In this document: piece after piece, positions 33,597-46,130 of the stretch
Position numbering within the stretch: position 1 is the stretch's first letter
Layout of the letters: every line of letters begins with the position of its first letter
DNA from: Piromyces finnis finn
Lineage: Eukaryota > Fungi > Neocallimastigomycota
Reading direction: 5' to 3'
DNA: 64,000 bases
Assembly (NCBI GenBank): GCA_002104945.1
Contig: MCFH01000032.1
Location: 541,915 to 605,914 of the forward strand
Notes under the pieces: generated by a model
What the model was told of the DNA's origin: nothing
The model's input: the letters and a program-made list of their open reading frames with translations, nothing else
Database searches by the model: none
Position numbers and translations under genes: made by a program

Positions 33597-36500
33597 ATGT
33601 CCCAACAATTCATTTTAGCCAATGACCAACGTCTTCATGGAAAGTCCAACTTTGATACTTGGAGTCTTTTAATCAAGGCAGCCGCCACTAGACAGGGTCT
33701 AACTAGCTACCTTGAACAAGACATAGTTGGAACCATTAAAGACAACAACTTTGAGATAAACCTTAATCTCAAAGATGAATATAATATGGCTATTATGAGA
33801 ATTATTGCTGAAGCCGCGGACTACCGTCCTAACAGCAATCTTGCGTCTGTTTATAAAACCCTCATTAAGACTACGGGGGAGGACGCCAATACAAGCAGCA
33901 ACATTAATAACAATGTTGTAGCCGCCAATAAATTGGCAAACTTGTCAATTTATAAGGCCGAGATTATATCAGCGGCTGAAAAGCTAAATGCTGATACTTA
34001 CCTTATGATCATTCAAAATGTGGATGAGAAGATCCTCAGAGAGATTGGTCATAGTTCCAATAGTTACCAAGTATTCAAAAAGTTGAATACAAAATACGGT
34101 AACGCCAATGCAGACATTGAATACTGGCTAAAGAAGTTAAGAAAATTACATACAGAAGATGTAAGCAAAGTCAGTAAAACAATCGATAAAATCAAGGAAA
34201 TCTTCCTTGAGATGTCTGAATTAAAAATGTCCTTAAGTGAAAGGGAAAAACTAAAATATATGTACAATTCCCTTCCAAGAAGTGTCAAGAACCAAGTAAG
34301 TGTAACCTTAGATGAAACTTATGATCAGCTCTATGAGAAGGTCAAAAGTTATATCAACGCCAAATCCTACTTCGAAGATTGGACCAACAACGACCAAGAT
34401 GAAGATGACGAAGTTGATGATCCAATGGATGTTGATTTTGTTAGTAGAGAAAACAAATCAACAAAGAATAAAAGCTACGGTAATAGAAGAAATATAAACA
34501 GAAGCCACCGTACCTACTGCCATATCTGTTGTGAACATGGACACTCTACCGAAATGTGTGAATACAACCAAAAGGCCAAAATGGAAAGGGACCAAAGAAA
34601 AAACAACAACAGGGCCTTTAACCAAAGTAAACAAAAGAGAAATTCACAACAAGGGAGGCAAGTTCACAAGAAAAAACAACAAAAGAAATTCGAACAAGAA
34701 GTAGATTTCGTCGAAGACTATGACGATAATGAAAATTATGGAATTAACGTAGAATTCGAAGATATCAGACCTCTGACAGAAAGAAATATCTACCTAATTG
34801 AAAAGGATGAAGTTACAGAGGAAGACACTCCTAACACAAAGGATATAGATTATGTGTATGGAGAAAATAAATACGACGAATGGTTCTATGATACTGGTGC
34901 CGCCGAACATATCGTTAATAATAAGGACATTCTAGAGAACTTCACAGAAGAGCACATTCAACTTAGATGTGCAAATGGAACTACATGTGAATTTAGTGGT
35001 TATGGTTCATATGAGTTTAAGGTAAAAGACAAAACTTACAAGTTAGAAAAAGTTTTGTACTCAGACAAAGTTAGCAAGAATTTAATTAGTGGTGTAGGAC
35101 TTGCTAAAGTTGGTTTAAGAAGCATTATAGATATTACTGATGATGGAAAAGTCAGGCTTATTTTCAAGGACTCTGAAAATAAAAATATAATGCAAACGTA
35201 TTCAAATGAATTAAACCAATTTAAAATTAAGCTCATAAACATTGATAAAAAGATAAATGAACCATTTATTGCAAATTTTGAAGATGATTTAGGTATATGG
35301 CATAAGAGATTAGGCCATTTCTACCAGAAGGATCTGAAGAAATACCTAAAACAACATAAAATTAAAGTAACTCCTTGCCTAGACTGTAAAATATCTAAAA
35401 TGAAGAAGTCTCCACATAACAAAACTGTACCCAAAGCCGGAAGAGTTCTAGAGACTATTCACTCCGATATTTCAGGCCCGTTTAATTCATCCGTCAATAA
35501 TAAGAAGTATTTTATGACTATGCTGGATGAATACTCAAGAAAACTCTGGATTTATACTCTCAAGTCAAGGTCTGAGGCACCGGACATTATTATTGAATTC
35601 CTAAAGAATGCCAATAATACTTTTGACAAATATAAAGTCAAAACATTCAAGACAGATGGTGCAAAAGAGTATAATAGTAGTAAAGTTATAAAATATTGTA
35701 AGGAAAACGGTATATCTAAGATAAATTCACCTCCTTACATACATGAATTAAATGGTAAAGCAGAAAGAATAAACCAAACAATTCAAAATTCTGCTAAAAC
35801 GCTTTTATATTGGGCTAAATTATCTGAAGACTTTTGGAGTTTTGCTGTTAAATATTCTTGTTATATTTACAACAAAATACCACACCAAGGAAACGATAAC
35901 TTAATTCCTGATGAAGTGTTTACGAACGAGGAAGCCGATCTAAAATACCTAAAGGTATTTGGATGCATATGCTACTTTAAGGACTATTCTCTTAAAAAGT
36001 CAAAATTCGCGCCTAACTCGAAGGAAGGAATATTTCTTGGGTTCAGTGAAGCACATCACTCATATATCGTCATGGAGATATGTGGTGATAAACTTAAAAT
36101 CCACTATTCTAGGGAAATAGAATGCTGTGAAGATAAGCCGGCACATTATAATTATAAAAATAAAAATATAAACGATCCGTATTTCTCTTTCAATGATTCA
36201 TATAATATCAATAATTACGACAGAAAGGACCCCTCAGAATCATCAAAGAACAACAACAATACGGATACAAATTCAATCATAAATAAAGAAAATAATAACA
36301 CAGAAAGGACTACTTCCAAGAAAATGGTGAATATCCACTCCAATAATAATGATGAAGAAGAAATAGAAAAAGAAGAAATAGAAAAAGAAGAAGTAGAAGA
36401 AGAAATGGTTGAAGAAGGTAATAACAACAATATGGACGAGGACCCAGCTTATGAAAATACCAAATATAAAGACGAAGAGATAACTACCAAAGAAAAAGAA

Positions 36501-38876
36501 GAAACTAATATAAGGACTAATATTAATTCCAAAATTGAAGAAAATTCAAAAAACAATTTAAACAGTAATTTAAAAAGCGACACTCAAACCAATAACAAAA
36601 ATAATAATTCAAATTCGAAATTTAATAAAAATAAATTTACAAATGACATTTTAAAAGTTTTAGAAGAAATTGCAAATGACAATTGCAATTTCGAAAAGAA
36701 AAATTACAAAATTTCTAATAATATTGACGAAAATAATAAATACCAATATCCTGTAACTCCTGGTCCTGATTACGTTTGTTATGGTAATACTCTTGCCGAC
36801 AAAAACAAAAATGAAATCATTAAAAATCCTGAATATTATAAAAATTCTCCTACTGAATATTCTACCACCGAAAATATTTCCTATACCAAAAATACTGGTG
36901 AAAATACTACTGAATATCCTAATACTGATCATAGTGAAAAAAATTTTATTAATAAAAATTTTTCAAAAATTCAAATTAAAAATGAAGACATTCTATTGGA
37001 TGATAAACCAAATAATCCACGTCATAATTCTAGCAAAAATTCTAACGTTACACAGGATAATTCTATCTACTCTGATAATATTCACATTAATGATACTAAA
37101 AATTTAAATTCAAAAATTTCTGATTCTCCTGATATGACACGTGATTCCCATTCTTATATTTCAGATGACAATAAATCTATGGATGATCCTGATCCAAACT
37201 TGGAAGATGAAAATGATATCATGGATGATATCATGGCCGATAAATCTGATGATTCCTACCATCCTGAAAGAAAAAGGCCTTGCAGTCCTACCTCTCTGAA
37301 TAATTTCAGTACTCCTAAGAAGCACAAAAACAAATTTATAGCTACCGTTTTTACTGATGCTCCCACTACGTACAAAGAAGCTATGTCTTGTACGAATTCT
37401 AAATATTGGAAAGCAGCCATTCAAGATGAATTAAATAATTTATATTCTAACAAAATTATGTCCCTGGTTAAAAATATCCCAAAAAACAAGAATATTATAT
37501 CTACCAAATGGGTTTTTGCTGTTAAAAGGGACAGCAATAATAATATTGTACGTTTTAAAGCTAGACTTGTCGCTAGAGGTTTCCGTCAAAAACAAGGTAT
37601 TGATTTTGACTTAACCTATTCCCCTACATTAAATATTGACAGTCTAAAATTTATTATTGCTATTGCTGCAAAATTTAAGTGGGATATATATCAGCTTGAT
37701 ATAAAAGCTGCCTACCTCAATGCTCCATTGGATACAGATATTTATACCACAATTCCGCTTGGAGATAGCAACTTTGGGGGAGGATACTGGAAGCTGAATA
37801 AAGCTCTCTATGGTTTAAAACAATCAGGAAGACAATGGAATAAAACAATAGATAAATTCCTGAAAAATAATAACTTTAAACCATTAAAATCCGAACCATG
37901 TATTTATACGTTAAAAGAAAATAAATACGTAAAATGTATAATTGGTCTATATGTAGACGACATGGTTATAATTGGAAAAACAAATACAATAGAGAGAGTA
38001 ATAAGCAAAATTAAAAGTAGATTTAAAATATCAAATAGCGGCCCTATTAGTTACATTCTAGGAATAAAGATTGAAAAGAAAGGATCCAAATACATTATTT
38101 CCCAAGAGAATTACATTAATAATGTATTACAAAGATTTCATATGGAAAACGTACGTAGAAGAAATACGCCATGTACAACAACCGACAAGAACACCTCAAA
38201 TAATAACCAATTTGATAAAACAAAATATAAAAGTGCAATAGGTGCATTAATATATCTGTCAAAATGTACAAGACCGGATATAGCGTTTGCAGTAAACAAA
38301 GCTGCAAGAAAATCTGAAAATCCAACAGTATCTGACTGGAATACAATTGTAAATATTTTCAGATACATATCTACTACCAAACATTACAAAATCGAATACA
38401 GTGGAGAAGGAAAAATACAAGGATACACTGATTCGGACTACGGAGGCGCAGAAGACTTTAAATCTACCTCTGGAGGGATAATCCTAATGGGAAATAGCCC
38501 AATATGCTGGTTATCCAAGAAACAAACTTGTGTGGCAACATCTACCGCTGAGGCTGAGTACATTAGTACGTCCATGAATACGAAGAAAATCTTATGGATC
38601 AAAAACATGGTGGACGAAATTTTTAATTACAACAAAAATATAACTTTATTCACCGACAACAAAGCAAGCAAGAAAATAATAGAAAACGGTGAAATAAACA
38701 CAAAGTTAAAACACATAAATATACACTACCACTTCATTATTGACAACATAGAAAAGAACAATATAAAAATCGAATATGTAAATACTAAAGAAATGTTAGC
38801 TGACCCTCTAACTAAAGATCTACCTGGTCCAAGAATGTTTGATTATACAAATAAGATATTCTTAAAGAAAATCTAA
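33597..38876 (+). CDS. gag-pol: Copia Gag-Pol polyprotein (about 1759 aa; gag-PR-IN-RT-RNase H)
   Basis: First ATG at 33597. Knuckle CHICCEHGHSTEMC, protease WFYDTGA, integrase KTDGAKEY...NGKAER, RT LDIKAAYL/YVDD, RNase H YTDSDY. Long low-complexity linker between IN and RT. Confidence 0.97.
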   Translation: MSQQFILANDQRLHGKSNFDTWSLLIKAAATRQGLTSYLEQDIVGTIKDNNFEINLNLKDEYNMAIMRIIAEAADYRPNSNLASVYKTLIKTTGEDANTSSNINNNVVAANKLANLSIYKAEIISAAEKLNADTYLMIIQNVDEKILREIGHSSNSYQVFKKLNTKYGNANADIEYWLKKLRKLHTEDVSKVSKTIDKIKEIFLEMSELKMSLSEREKLKYMYNSLPRSVKNQVSVTLDETYDQLYEKVKSYINAKSYFEDWTNNDQDEDDEVDDPMDVDFVSRENKSTKNKSYGNRRNINRSHRTYCHICCEHGHSTEMCEYNQKAKMERDQRKNNNRAFNQSKQKRNSQQGRQVHKKKQQKKFEQEVDFVEDYDDNENYGINVEFEDIRPLTERNIYLIEKDEVTEEDTPNTKDIDYVYGENKYDEWFYDTGAAEHIVNNKDILENFTEEHIQLRCANGTTCEFSGYGSYEFKVKDKTYKLEKVLYSDKVSKNLISGVGLAKVGLRSIIDITDDGKVRLIFKDSENKNIMQTYSNELNQFKIKLINIDKKINEPFIANFEDDLGIWHKRLGHFYQKDLKKYLKQHKIKVTPCLDCKISKMKKSPHNKTVPKAGRVLETIHSDISGPFNSSVNNKKYFMTMLDEYSRKLWIYTLKSRSEAPDIIIEFLKNANNTFDKYKVKTFKTDGAKEYNSSKVIKYCKENGISKINSPPYIHELNGKAERINQTIQNSAKTLLYWAKLSEDFWSFAVKYSCYIYNKIPHQGNDNLIPDEVFTNEEADLKYLKVFGCICYFKDYSLKKSKFAPNSKEGIFLGFSEAHHSYIVMEICGDKLKIHYSREIECCEDKPAHYNYKNKNINDPYFSFNDSYNINNYDRKDPSESSKNNNNTDTNSIINKENNNTERTTSKKMVNIHSNNNDEEEIEKEEIEKEEVEEEMVEEGNNNNMDEDPAYENTKYKDEEITTKEKEETNIRTNINSKIEENSKNNLNSNLKSDTQTNNKNNNSNSKFNKNKFTNDILKVLEEIANDNCNFEKKNYKISNNIDENNKYQYPVTPGPDYVCYGNTLADKNKNEIIKNPEYYKNSPTEYSTTENISYTKNTGENTTEYPNTDHSEKNFINKNFSKIQIKNEDILLDDKPNNPRHNSSKNSNVTQDNSIYSDNIHINDTKNLNSKISDSPDMTRDSHSYISDDNKSMDDPDPNLEDENDIMDDIMADKSDDSYHPERKRPCSPTSLNNFSTPKKHKNKFIATVFTDAPTTYKEAMSCTNSKYWKAAIQDELNNLYSNKIMSLVKNIPKNKNIISTKWVFAVKRDSNNNIVRFKARLVARGFRQKQGIDFDLTYSPTLNIDSLKFIIAIAAKFKWDIYQLDIKAAYLNAPLDTDIYTTIPLGDSNFGGGYWKLNKALYGLKQSGRQWNKTIDKFLKNNNFKPLKSEPCIYTLKENKYVKCIIGLYVDDMVIIGKTNTIERVISKIKSRFKISNSGPISYILGIKIEKKGSKYIISQENYINNVLQRFHMENVRRRNTPCTTTDKNTSNNNQFDKTKYKSAIGALIYLSKCTRPDIAFAVNKAARKSENPTVSDWNTIVNIFRYISTTKHYKIEYSGEGKIQGYTDSDYGGAEDFKSTSGGIILMGNSPICWLSKKQTCVATSTAEAEYISTSMNTKKILWIKNMVDEIFNYNKNITLFTDNKASKKIIENGEINTKLKHINIHYHFIIDNIEKNNIKIEYVNTKEMLADPLTKDLPGPRMFDYTNKIFLKKI

Positions 38877-39046
38877 TTTGAGGGGGAGTGTGAACATTTA
38901 TGGACACATAATTTTATTTATCTATATCATATATTTATTACACACGTGACTATTTTATAAAAACATAAACATGTATTAAAAGTGTTGTAAACGTAATGTC
39001 TACGTGTTGTAGAGAAAGTTATTTTTTATTTATTTTATTTTATTTT

Positions 39047-39616
39047 TGATATGAAATTAATATGTCTAGCTACATATTAGCCAATATTTAAAATAATTTT
39101 TATTATTTAAAATATTCAATTTCATCTTTAGAAATTTATATATAATATTTCATAATAATAATATAATAATTGATATATATTATAATACATTATTTATATA
39201 TTAGTTATAGAATTCATGTACATATTTCATTATATTCTTAAATATTAATATTATATATTAGTATTAATTTTATTGTAATACTTATTTGTATTACATTACC
39301 TTTCCTTATATAGTAATATTTCATATAAAATGTAAAATATATAATATTATATCCTATTTAATTATTATTCATATATTATGAATACATTACATTATATAAT
39401 TGATATTCAATTATAGGAATTTTATAATATAAAAATATTCATGTAAAAATAATTAATAATTAGAAAGGGAAGAGCTTTAATAATTAATAAGAAAATATTA
39501 TAAGTGAAATTATTAATAAGAGAGAAGTTAATAGTAATAAAATATTTTTCACCTAATATAATAAATTATAAATAAACTAATATTAAATTACTACAACATA
39601 AAAGAAACTTATATCA
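39047..39616. mobile_element. 570-bp insert J (TGATAT...ATATCA) in the Copia 3' LTR
   Basis: Absent from the 5' LTR. 6-bp terminal inverted repeat. Sits in a T-run, so the TSD length is ambiguous. Confidence 0.8.
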
Positions 39617-40685
39617 TTTTTATGGTCACATGACCTTACATCTCATTATATAACTGTAATATTTACAATGTAACTTTTTCTCTTTGTTAACCTTATTAAT
39701 AAAATTATTTATTAATTAAATTTATTTCACAATTATGAATTAATAATATGAATATTAATTATGACTTAATTTTTAACTTTTTTATTTAATATTATTTTCT
39801 TTATTTTCTAATCCTTGACATTCATTTACCTAACCCTTATACTAATTATCAAAGGTATTTTATTATATTTATATTATATTAACCAATAATTAGATCTTGT
39901 TTTAATTTATTATTAATAATATATTAAATAAATAAATAGATTTTAATATATGGATGATATATAGTTTAATTTTTGTACAACAGAAAAAATAAACTTTATT
40001 AAATATTATTCTGATTTTGTTGAAATTGAAATTTAATTAATTATTTAAATATCCATTTATACATTTAAATTTACTAATATATTTATTTATATTATATGAT
40101 ATTCATCCATTGACATAATTAAAAAAAATTAAGGAAACGAAGAAAAGCCTTTATTTTATTATTGTAAAGCTTTCACTTTTTGCTCTCTTTTATATTTTAT
40201 ATTTTATATTTTATTTTATAAAAGTTTTTTTAATTTTAATTTTGTAAAAGTCTTTTTTATTTTCTTAACATTTTTTTTTATTACAAGAATGTCTTTTTTT
40301 TTTTTTTTAGGTCACAAAAAAAAAATTATTTTTAATTAATTTAAATTTTAATATAAAAATAATCAAAAAAAAAAAACTTTACCTTTAAATAATATTAAAA
40401 AAGAAAAAAACAAAACAAAACAAAAATAAAAGAAAAGGAAACAAAAGGAAAAAGAGAAGATAATAATAATAACAATAATAAATAATAATAATAATAATAA
40501 TAAAAGAAATTAAATTAAATATTTTCATTAAAATATTAAAAAAAAAAAAAAAATCGATATTTTCATCGAAAAATGAGAAATTTATATTTAAAAAAAAATA
40601 ATAATAATAAAAAAATAATTAATAATACTAACAACAACAACAACAACAATATTTAATAAACATAAACATAAACATAAACATAAAC

Positions 40686-40747
<62 letters not shown>

Positions 40748-40815
40748 TGTTGAAGACAATATAAATATATAACAATCAATAAAACTTTTAGCAAATAAAT
40801 TTATTTCAATTAAAG

Positions 40816-41581
40816 ATGGAAAAAAGTGAAATTATAAATAAAAAATCAATTGTTTTCAACACCATTATTATGATGGTAAGACAAAAAATAACAATACGTT
40901 AAATAATATTAATTAATAATAAAATTATATTATAAAAATACTATTTATATTAATATGGGAATTAACTATTAATACATTTTTAAATTATATTTTGAATTAT
41001 AGTTGACAATATGGTTTCAAGCTATTGCAAAATTATTTATATTTCCTAATAATATTGAATTTATGATATTTAGATTTATATCATTATATTTAATAGTAGT
41101 AATATCTGTTTATTTATATAGTATTTGTAAAGTAAGTAGTAATACATTATAATAATAAAATATTTTAAATGAAAAAAAAAAAAAACATTAATTATATTTT
41201 ATTAAATTAATTAATTAATGACATATAATAATATTTTGTTATAGGAAATATTTTTTATATTAGAAACTTTTAAGAGCTTTTATCGGATTCAAATAATATA
41301 TTTAGGAATTTACTTGATATTATTTTGCATATTATTCCATGGAACTGATAATCTCACCAATTTCGTTATTAATGTGGATAAAAAGTGTTTAAATATGTTT
41401 GAAGATATGTCTCAAGAAGATGCCGGTAAAAAAGCTAATATCATTCTTTATATAATTGAAGTATTTCAAATACTCTATTTGATTTATTCAGTAAGTATTG
41501 TTTTTTAATTATATAATATATATAAAATAAAATAAAATAGTTTAAAAATTTAAATGTTAATAATAATAATAATATATTATG

Positions 41582-41612
<31 letters not shown>

Positions 41613-41933
41613 TATATTATCTTTTATTATTTTTTTTTATAATTTTAAAAGATTTATTACTATATTGGTATTCAAGGATTCATTAAATACGTAAAAAATA
41701 ATGAAATGAAACAACTTGAAGAAGCTAGATCAAGAGAAGAAAGTGCATTTGCTGCTCGTCTTGAAGAGGATGAAAATCTTACAGTTATTAATACAGATGT
41801 TAATATTCAAAGAATGACTGGTTTAGATGATGCTACTGTTATTAATGATGGTGATAGTATAAAAGTAGAAATTGAAGATATTGAACAGGAAAATGTACAA
41901 TCAGAAAATATTGAAATTTCTAGAATGGAATAA
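40816..41933 (+). CDS. Host 4-exon gene; predicted 238-aa multi-pass (about 4 TM) membrane protein with acidic C-terminal tail
   Basis: Exons 40816-40875, 41003-41131, 41245-41490 and 41652-41933. All introns are GT-AG and phase 0, and the spliced frame is open. Paralog at 43605. Confidence 0.8.
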
Positions 41934-43604
41934 TAAGAAAAATTAATTTCTATAATATACATTGCACAATACAAATTCAAAAAATTAGTAAATATAATGT
42001 TAATTGTTATAAAAAAAATAAAATTATAAAAAAGCAAAACAAAATAATGATAAAAAGGAAAAACAACAACAGTGTTATATAAAAATATCAAATCAAAACA
42101 AGTAACAAAATAAATATAAAAAAATTATTAAAAAAATAAACAATAATTTAAAGTTTTTCATAAAAAAAAAAAAAAAAAAACTCAATAATAAAACATAATT
42201 ATTTCTAAAATAAAGTAACAATGAAATAATTAATTAAAGATAACTAACAACAATTAAAAATAATTATTTTTTTTTTATTAAAAGAAACTAATTATTTATA
42301 TATTGTATAAAATTTTATTTTATAAATGATATGAAAGTATCATAGCATTTTTATAAAAATAAAATAATTAATTTCTTTTATTTATAGTTTTATTAAATCT
42401 ATAAATAAACTCTAGCATGAGCAATTGATAATCAATAATCACACATACACACATATATAAAGGATACTCAATAATCTATAATTCAAAAGAAAAGTTAATA
42501 TAATATTATACAACAATATGTATTATCTTTTATTAAACTTTATACTTCATTTTTTTTTTTGTAAATATAATCTCAATATAAATTAGAATTTTAAGAGAAT
42601 AAAATGTATAACTTTATTAAAATAATAATAAAAAAATGCTTTATAAATTTTGTTATATATATAAATATTTACCTTTTTTTTTTTTTTTTTTTTTTCTTTA
42701 CAATTTTGGAAATTAAACAAAAACAAAACAAACAAAAAATAAAAGACAAATTATTAATGCTTAAAATAAAGTAAAAATAATTTTTATAAATTTTATATTC
42801 TTCTGTAATGCAATGCATTTAAAATATAAAAAGTTTGATATATTAATAGGAATAAATGAAATTAATTAATTAAATAAATAAATAAATAAATAAATAAGTA
42901 AATAAATAAATAAATAAATAAATAAAAATAAAAAAAACTTTTATCTTTTTTGTATGAAAAATTAAAATTTAAAGTATGCCTGTTTGTTATATGAGAGTAA
43001 TATTTCTGTTTTAATATTATATTTTTATATTTTTATTTAAAACATATTTAAAAATTATATAATCATTCCATACTAAAAATATAATTATTTTTTATTTTTT
43101 ATATTCATTTATTAAGAAAAAAATATTAAAAGGTCAATTATACAATGGAATTTCTCTTTCTTTTTTCTTTTATTTATTCTTCTTTATTTTTATTCTTTAT
43201 TTTTTTTTTTTTTTTAGAAAAGATCCAAAAAAAAAAAAGCTACAACAAAAAATTCTTTGTTTTGATTTATTTATTTATTTATTATTTTTTTGTGTAACAA
43301 ATAATCTAAAAAGTTTTTTTTTATATATAAAAACTTGAACTTAAAAAAAAGTAAAATAATAAACATAATAAACATAATAATAATTAGAGTAATAATAATA
43401 ATAATAAAAATAAAAAAATAGAGTTTTAAATGATAATAGAAAACAAAAACAGAAAAAACTATTAAATATAGATTGTATATTAGCACTTTATTTTTTAATT
43501 AATGAAAACTTAAATTTAAATGAATCCTAAATCACTTTTTTAAAAAGAAAAATAAAATAAAATTCTTTTTTTTCTTTTTCTTTTTTTTTTTAAATAAATA
43601 TAAT

Positions 43605-44772
43605 ATGAAGAAATTATTATTCTTTTTCAAATTATCAGAAAAGAATTTGTCTAAAAGTACCTTTATACTACTGGTAAATATAAATAGGATATTATTAAAA
43701 AAAATGAAAACTTATTGAAATTTAAATCGGAAAATTGAATTTCTAATGAATAATTATTATATTTATATCCAATAAATAATATATTAAAAGGTGACAGTAG
43801 TTTTTCAATATTTTATGAAAAAAGGTTTACTAGATGATACTGGAATTCGTATTTATAAACTAATATCCTATTATATTATGATTATGGTATATACTTACTA
43901 CATTGCATTTAAATTTGTAAGCTTACCAAAATACTTTCTTTTTGAATAAACATTATTTTTAATATTAAATAATGATAACAATATAAATAAATTAAATTTA
44001 TAAATTAAATTAAATTTACTTTTCTTTTTCTTTTCCTTTTCTTCTTATTTACAATAGCATATTTTAAAATTATTGAAATCGTTTAAAGTCATATTCTTAA
44101 TTCATTTATTATATTTATTTGGTTATCTCTCAATTTTTTCTTTCAATGTTTTTACCACGTCTAAATATCAAAAATTCATTTTTAGCTATTTTAAATATTA
44201 TTATGAAAAAAACCAAACAAAAAACCTTTTCTCTGAAGACCAACTTTATAAAAAAGCAAATTTAATTTTATATTCTTTATTATTATTCCAACTTTTATAT
44301 TTATTGATGTTGGTAAGTCAAATGGTGATAATATAAATAAATTATATAAAAAAATGTTTGAAATTTAAAATGTTTATAATTATTCTTAGAATAAATGTAA
44401 ATTCAAATTTCAAATTTCAAAAACATATATTAATGAAATATATATATTACTAAATTGAATTTATTTATTATTATTATTTTTAATATATTTGTCTTTTCTC
44501 ATATATATATTTTCTAAAAAAATAAAAAATTATAACAATATTTTTCTATCCTATAGATACATTATTATTATGCATGCATCACAAAAATAACCAGTATAGT
44601 AAATAAGGAAGCAAGAGAAGAAGAAGAATTAGATAATCTTACATTAATTAATGAAAGTTTATTAAGTAGTAACGAAATAACAGAAGATGTTACTATTATT
44701 AATATGAATGATGATGAATTTGAAAATGAAAAAGAAGAATATGAGGATGACGACCAATTCATGGATTTATAA
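43605..44772 (+). CDS. Host 4-exon paralog; predicted 221-aa multi-pass membrane protein with acidic tail
   Basis: Exons 43605-43673, 43791-43916, 44058-44312 and 44557-44772, with phase-0 introns at equivalent positions. KKANLILY...FQLLYL matches KKANIILY...FQILYL in the first gene. Confidence 0.8.
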
Positions 44773-46130
44773 TAGTCGTATAAATATCATTTAGAAAATC
44801 AATTTATTATATTTAGAAGAAAAAGATATACATAAAAAGAAATAATATTAAACTATTCGAATAATTCAATAGCAAAGAAGGAAACAGAAAAAGTAAAAAA
44901 AAATAAAGGAAATAAAATTTGTAATATCAAATACTCATTTAATTTATTGAGAATGAAATAATAACATATATTGTTTGATTCAAATAAATAATTAATCAAA
45001 TAAAATAACTCTAAATAAAATTGTAATTATATAGTATATATTTTTTATTTATTATATTTTTATCATTAATAAAAATATTATTTAATTTTATAGTTTAAAT
45101 AATATTATTAAACAAGTACGTTTTACAGTTCACAAACAAGCAAATAAGCACAATTAAACTCTAACAATTTATTATATATGCATATATACATTAAACATCA
45201 TTTAAAACTAAAAATAAAATTACTACTACTACTACTACTACTAATAATAATAATAATAAAAAGGGAATAATTATAACAATAATGTATTAATTCTAAAAAT
45301 AAAAACAAAACAAAAAAAACGTATTTATACCTTTTTTTTGCAACAAGAAACTAGAACAATAATAACTACAACACAAACAGATAATAAGCATATAATCATA
45401 TTTTTTTTAAAAAAAATAATGACTTTTTTTTATTCATGTAAATATAAATATCTAAAATAAAGTTAATAATAATAAAAAAAGAAATAATGATAAAAATATA
45501 AATAGTTATACAAGTAATAATGATAATACTGATTTAATAAAAATATTACTATTCAATATTATTTCATTAAAAGTTTTGTTTATTATTTGATTTAATTATT
45601 ATATATATAATGCTTAGAATAATATTCAAAATTGGAATTTAATTTATATATATTATGTTGTTTATTTATATATCGATATATATTTTGAGTGTGGTATATA
45701 AAGTCAATAGTTTAAATATAAAAGAGGTATCCTATTATATTATTAGAAAAAGTAGTTACATTGAAAGAAACATTTTATTGAAATATCAAATGTAATTGTA
45801 AATTTATTTGTTACTATTTGAATAAAATTTAATTTCCAAAAAAAAATATTTTAAAATAATAAAAAAATAAAAAATAATCAGTTCAATGTAATATTATTGT
45901 TTATTATTATTTGTAAAACGTTTTATATTATAATAGATAGTTTATTAATTTTTCAAAATTTAAGAAAGATTTGTTCTTATTTATATTAAATGTAGCTGAT
46001 TGCTGTATACAATAAAATAATTTATACAATAAAAATATAATGCATTTGAAACATATAAAGATATAATACAAAGAGCTAAAAACATCTTTCAACTTAGTTT
46101 ATTTTTTATATTTTTTTATATTTTAATATT

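Larger units (their letters stand above)
33243..39731 (+). mobile_element. Full-length Ty1/Copia element I
   Basis: 270-bp 5' LTR at 33243..33512. 3' LTR at 38889..39731 is interrupted by insert J. TSD ATTAT at 33238-42 and 39732-36. PPT gagggggag. Confidence 0.96.
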
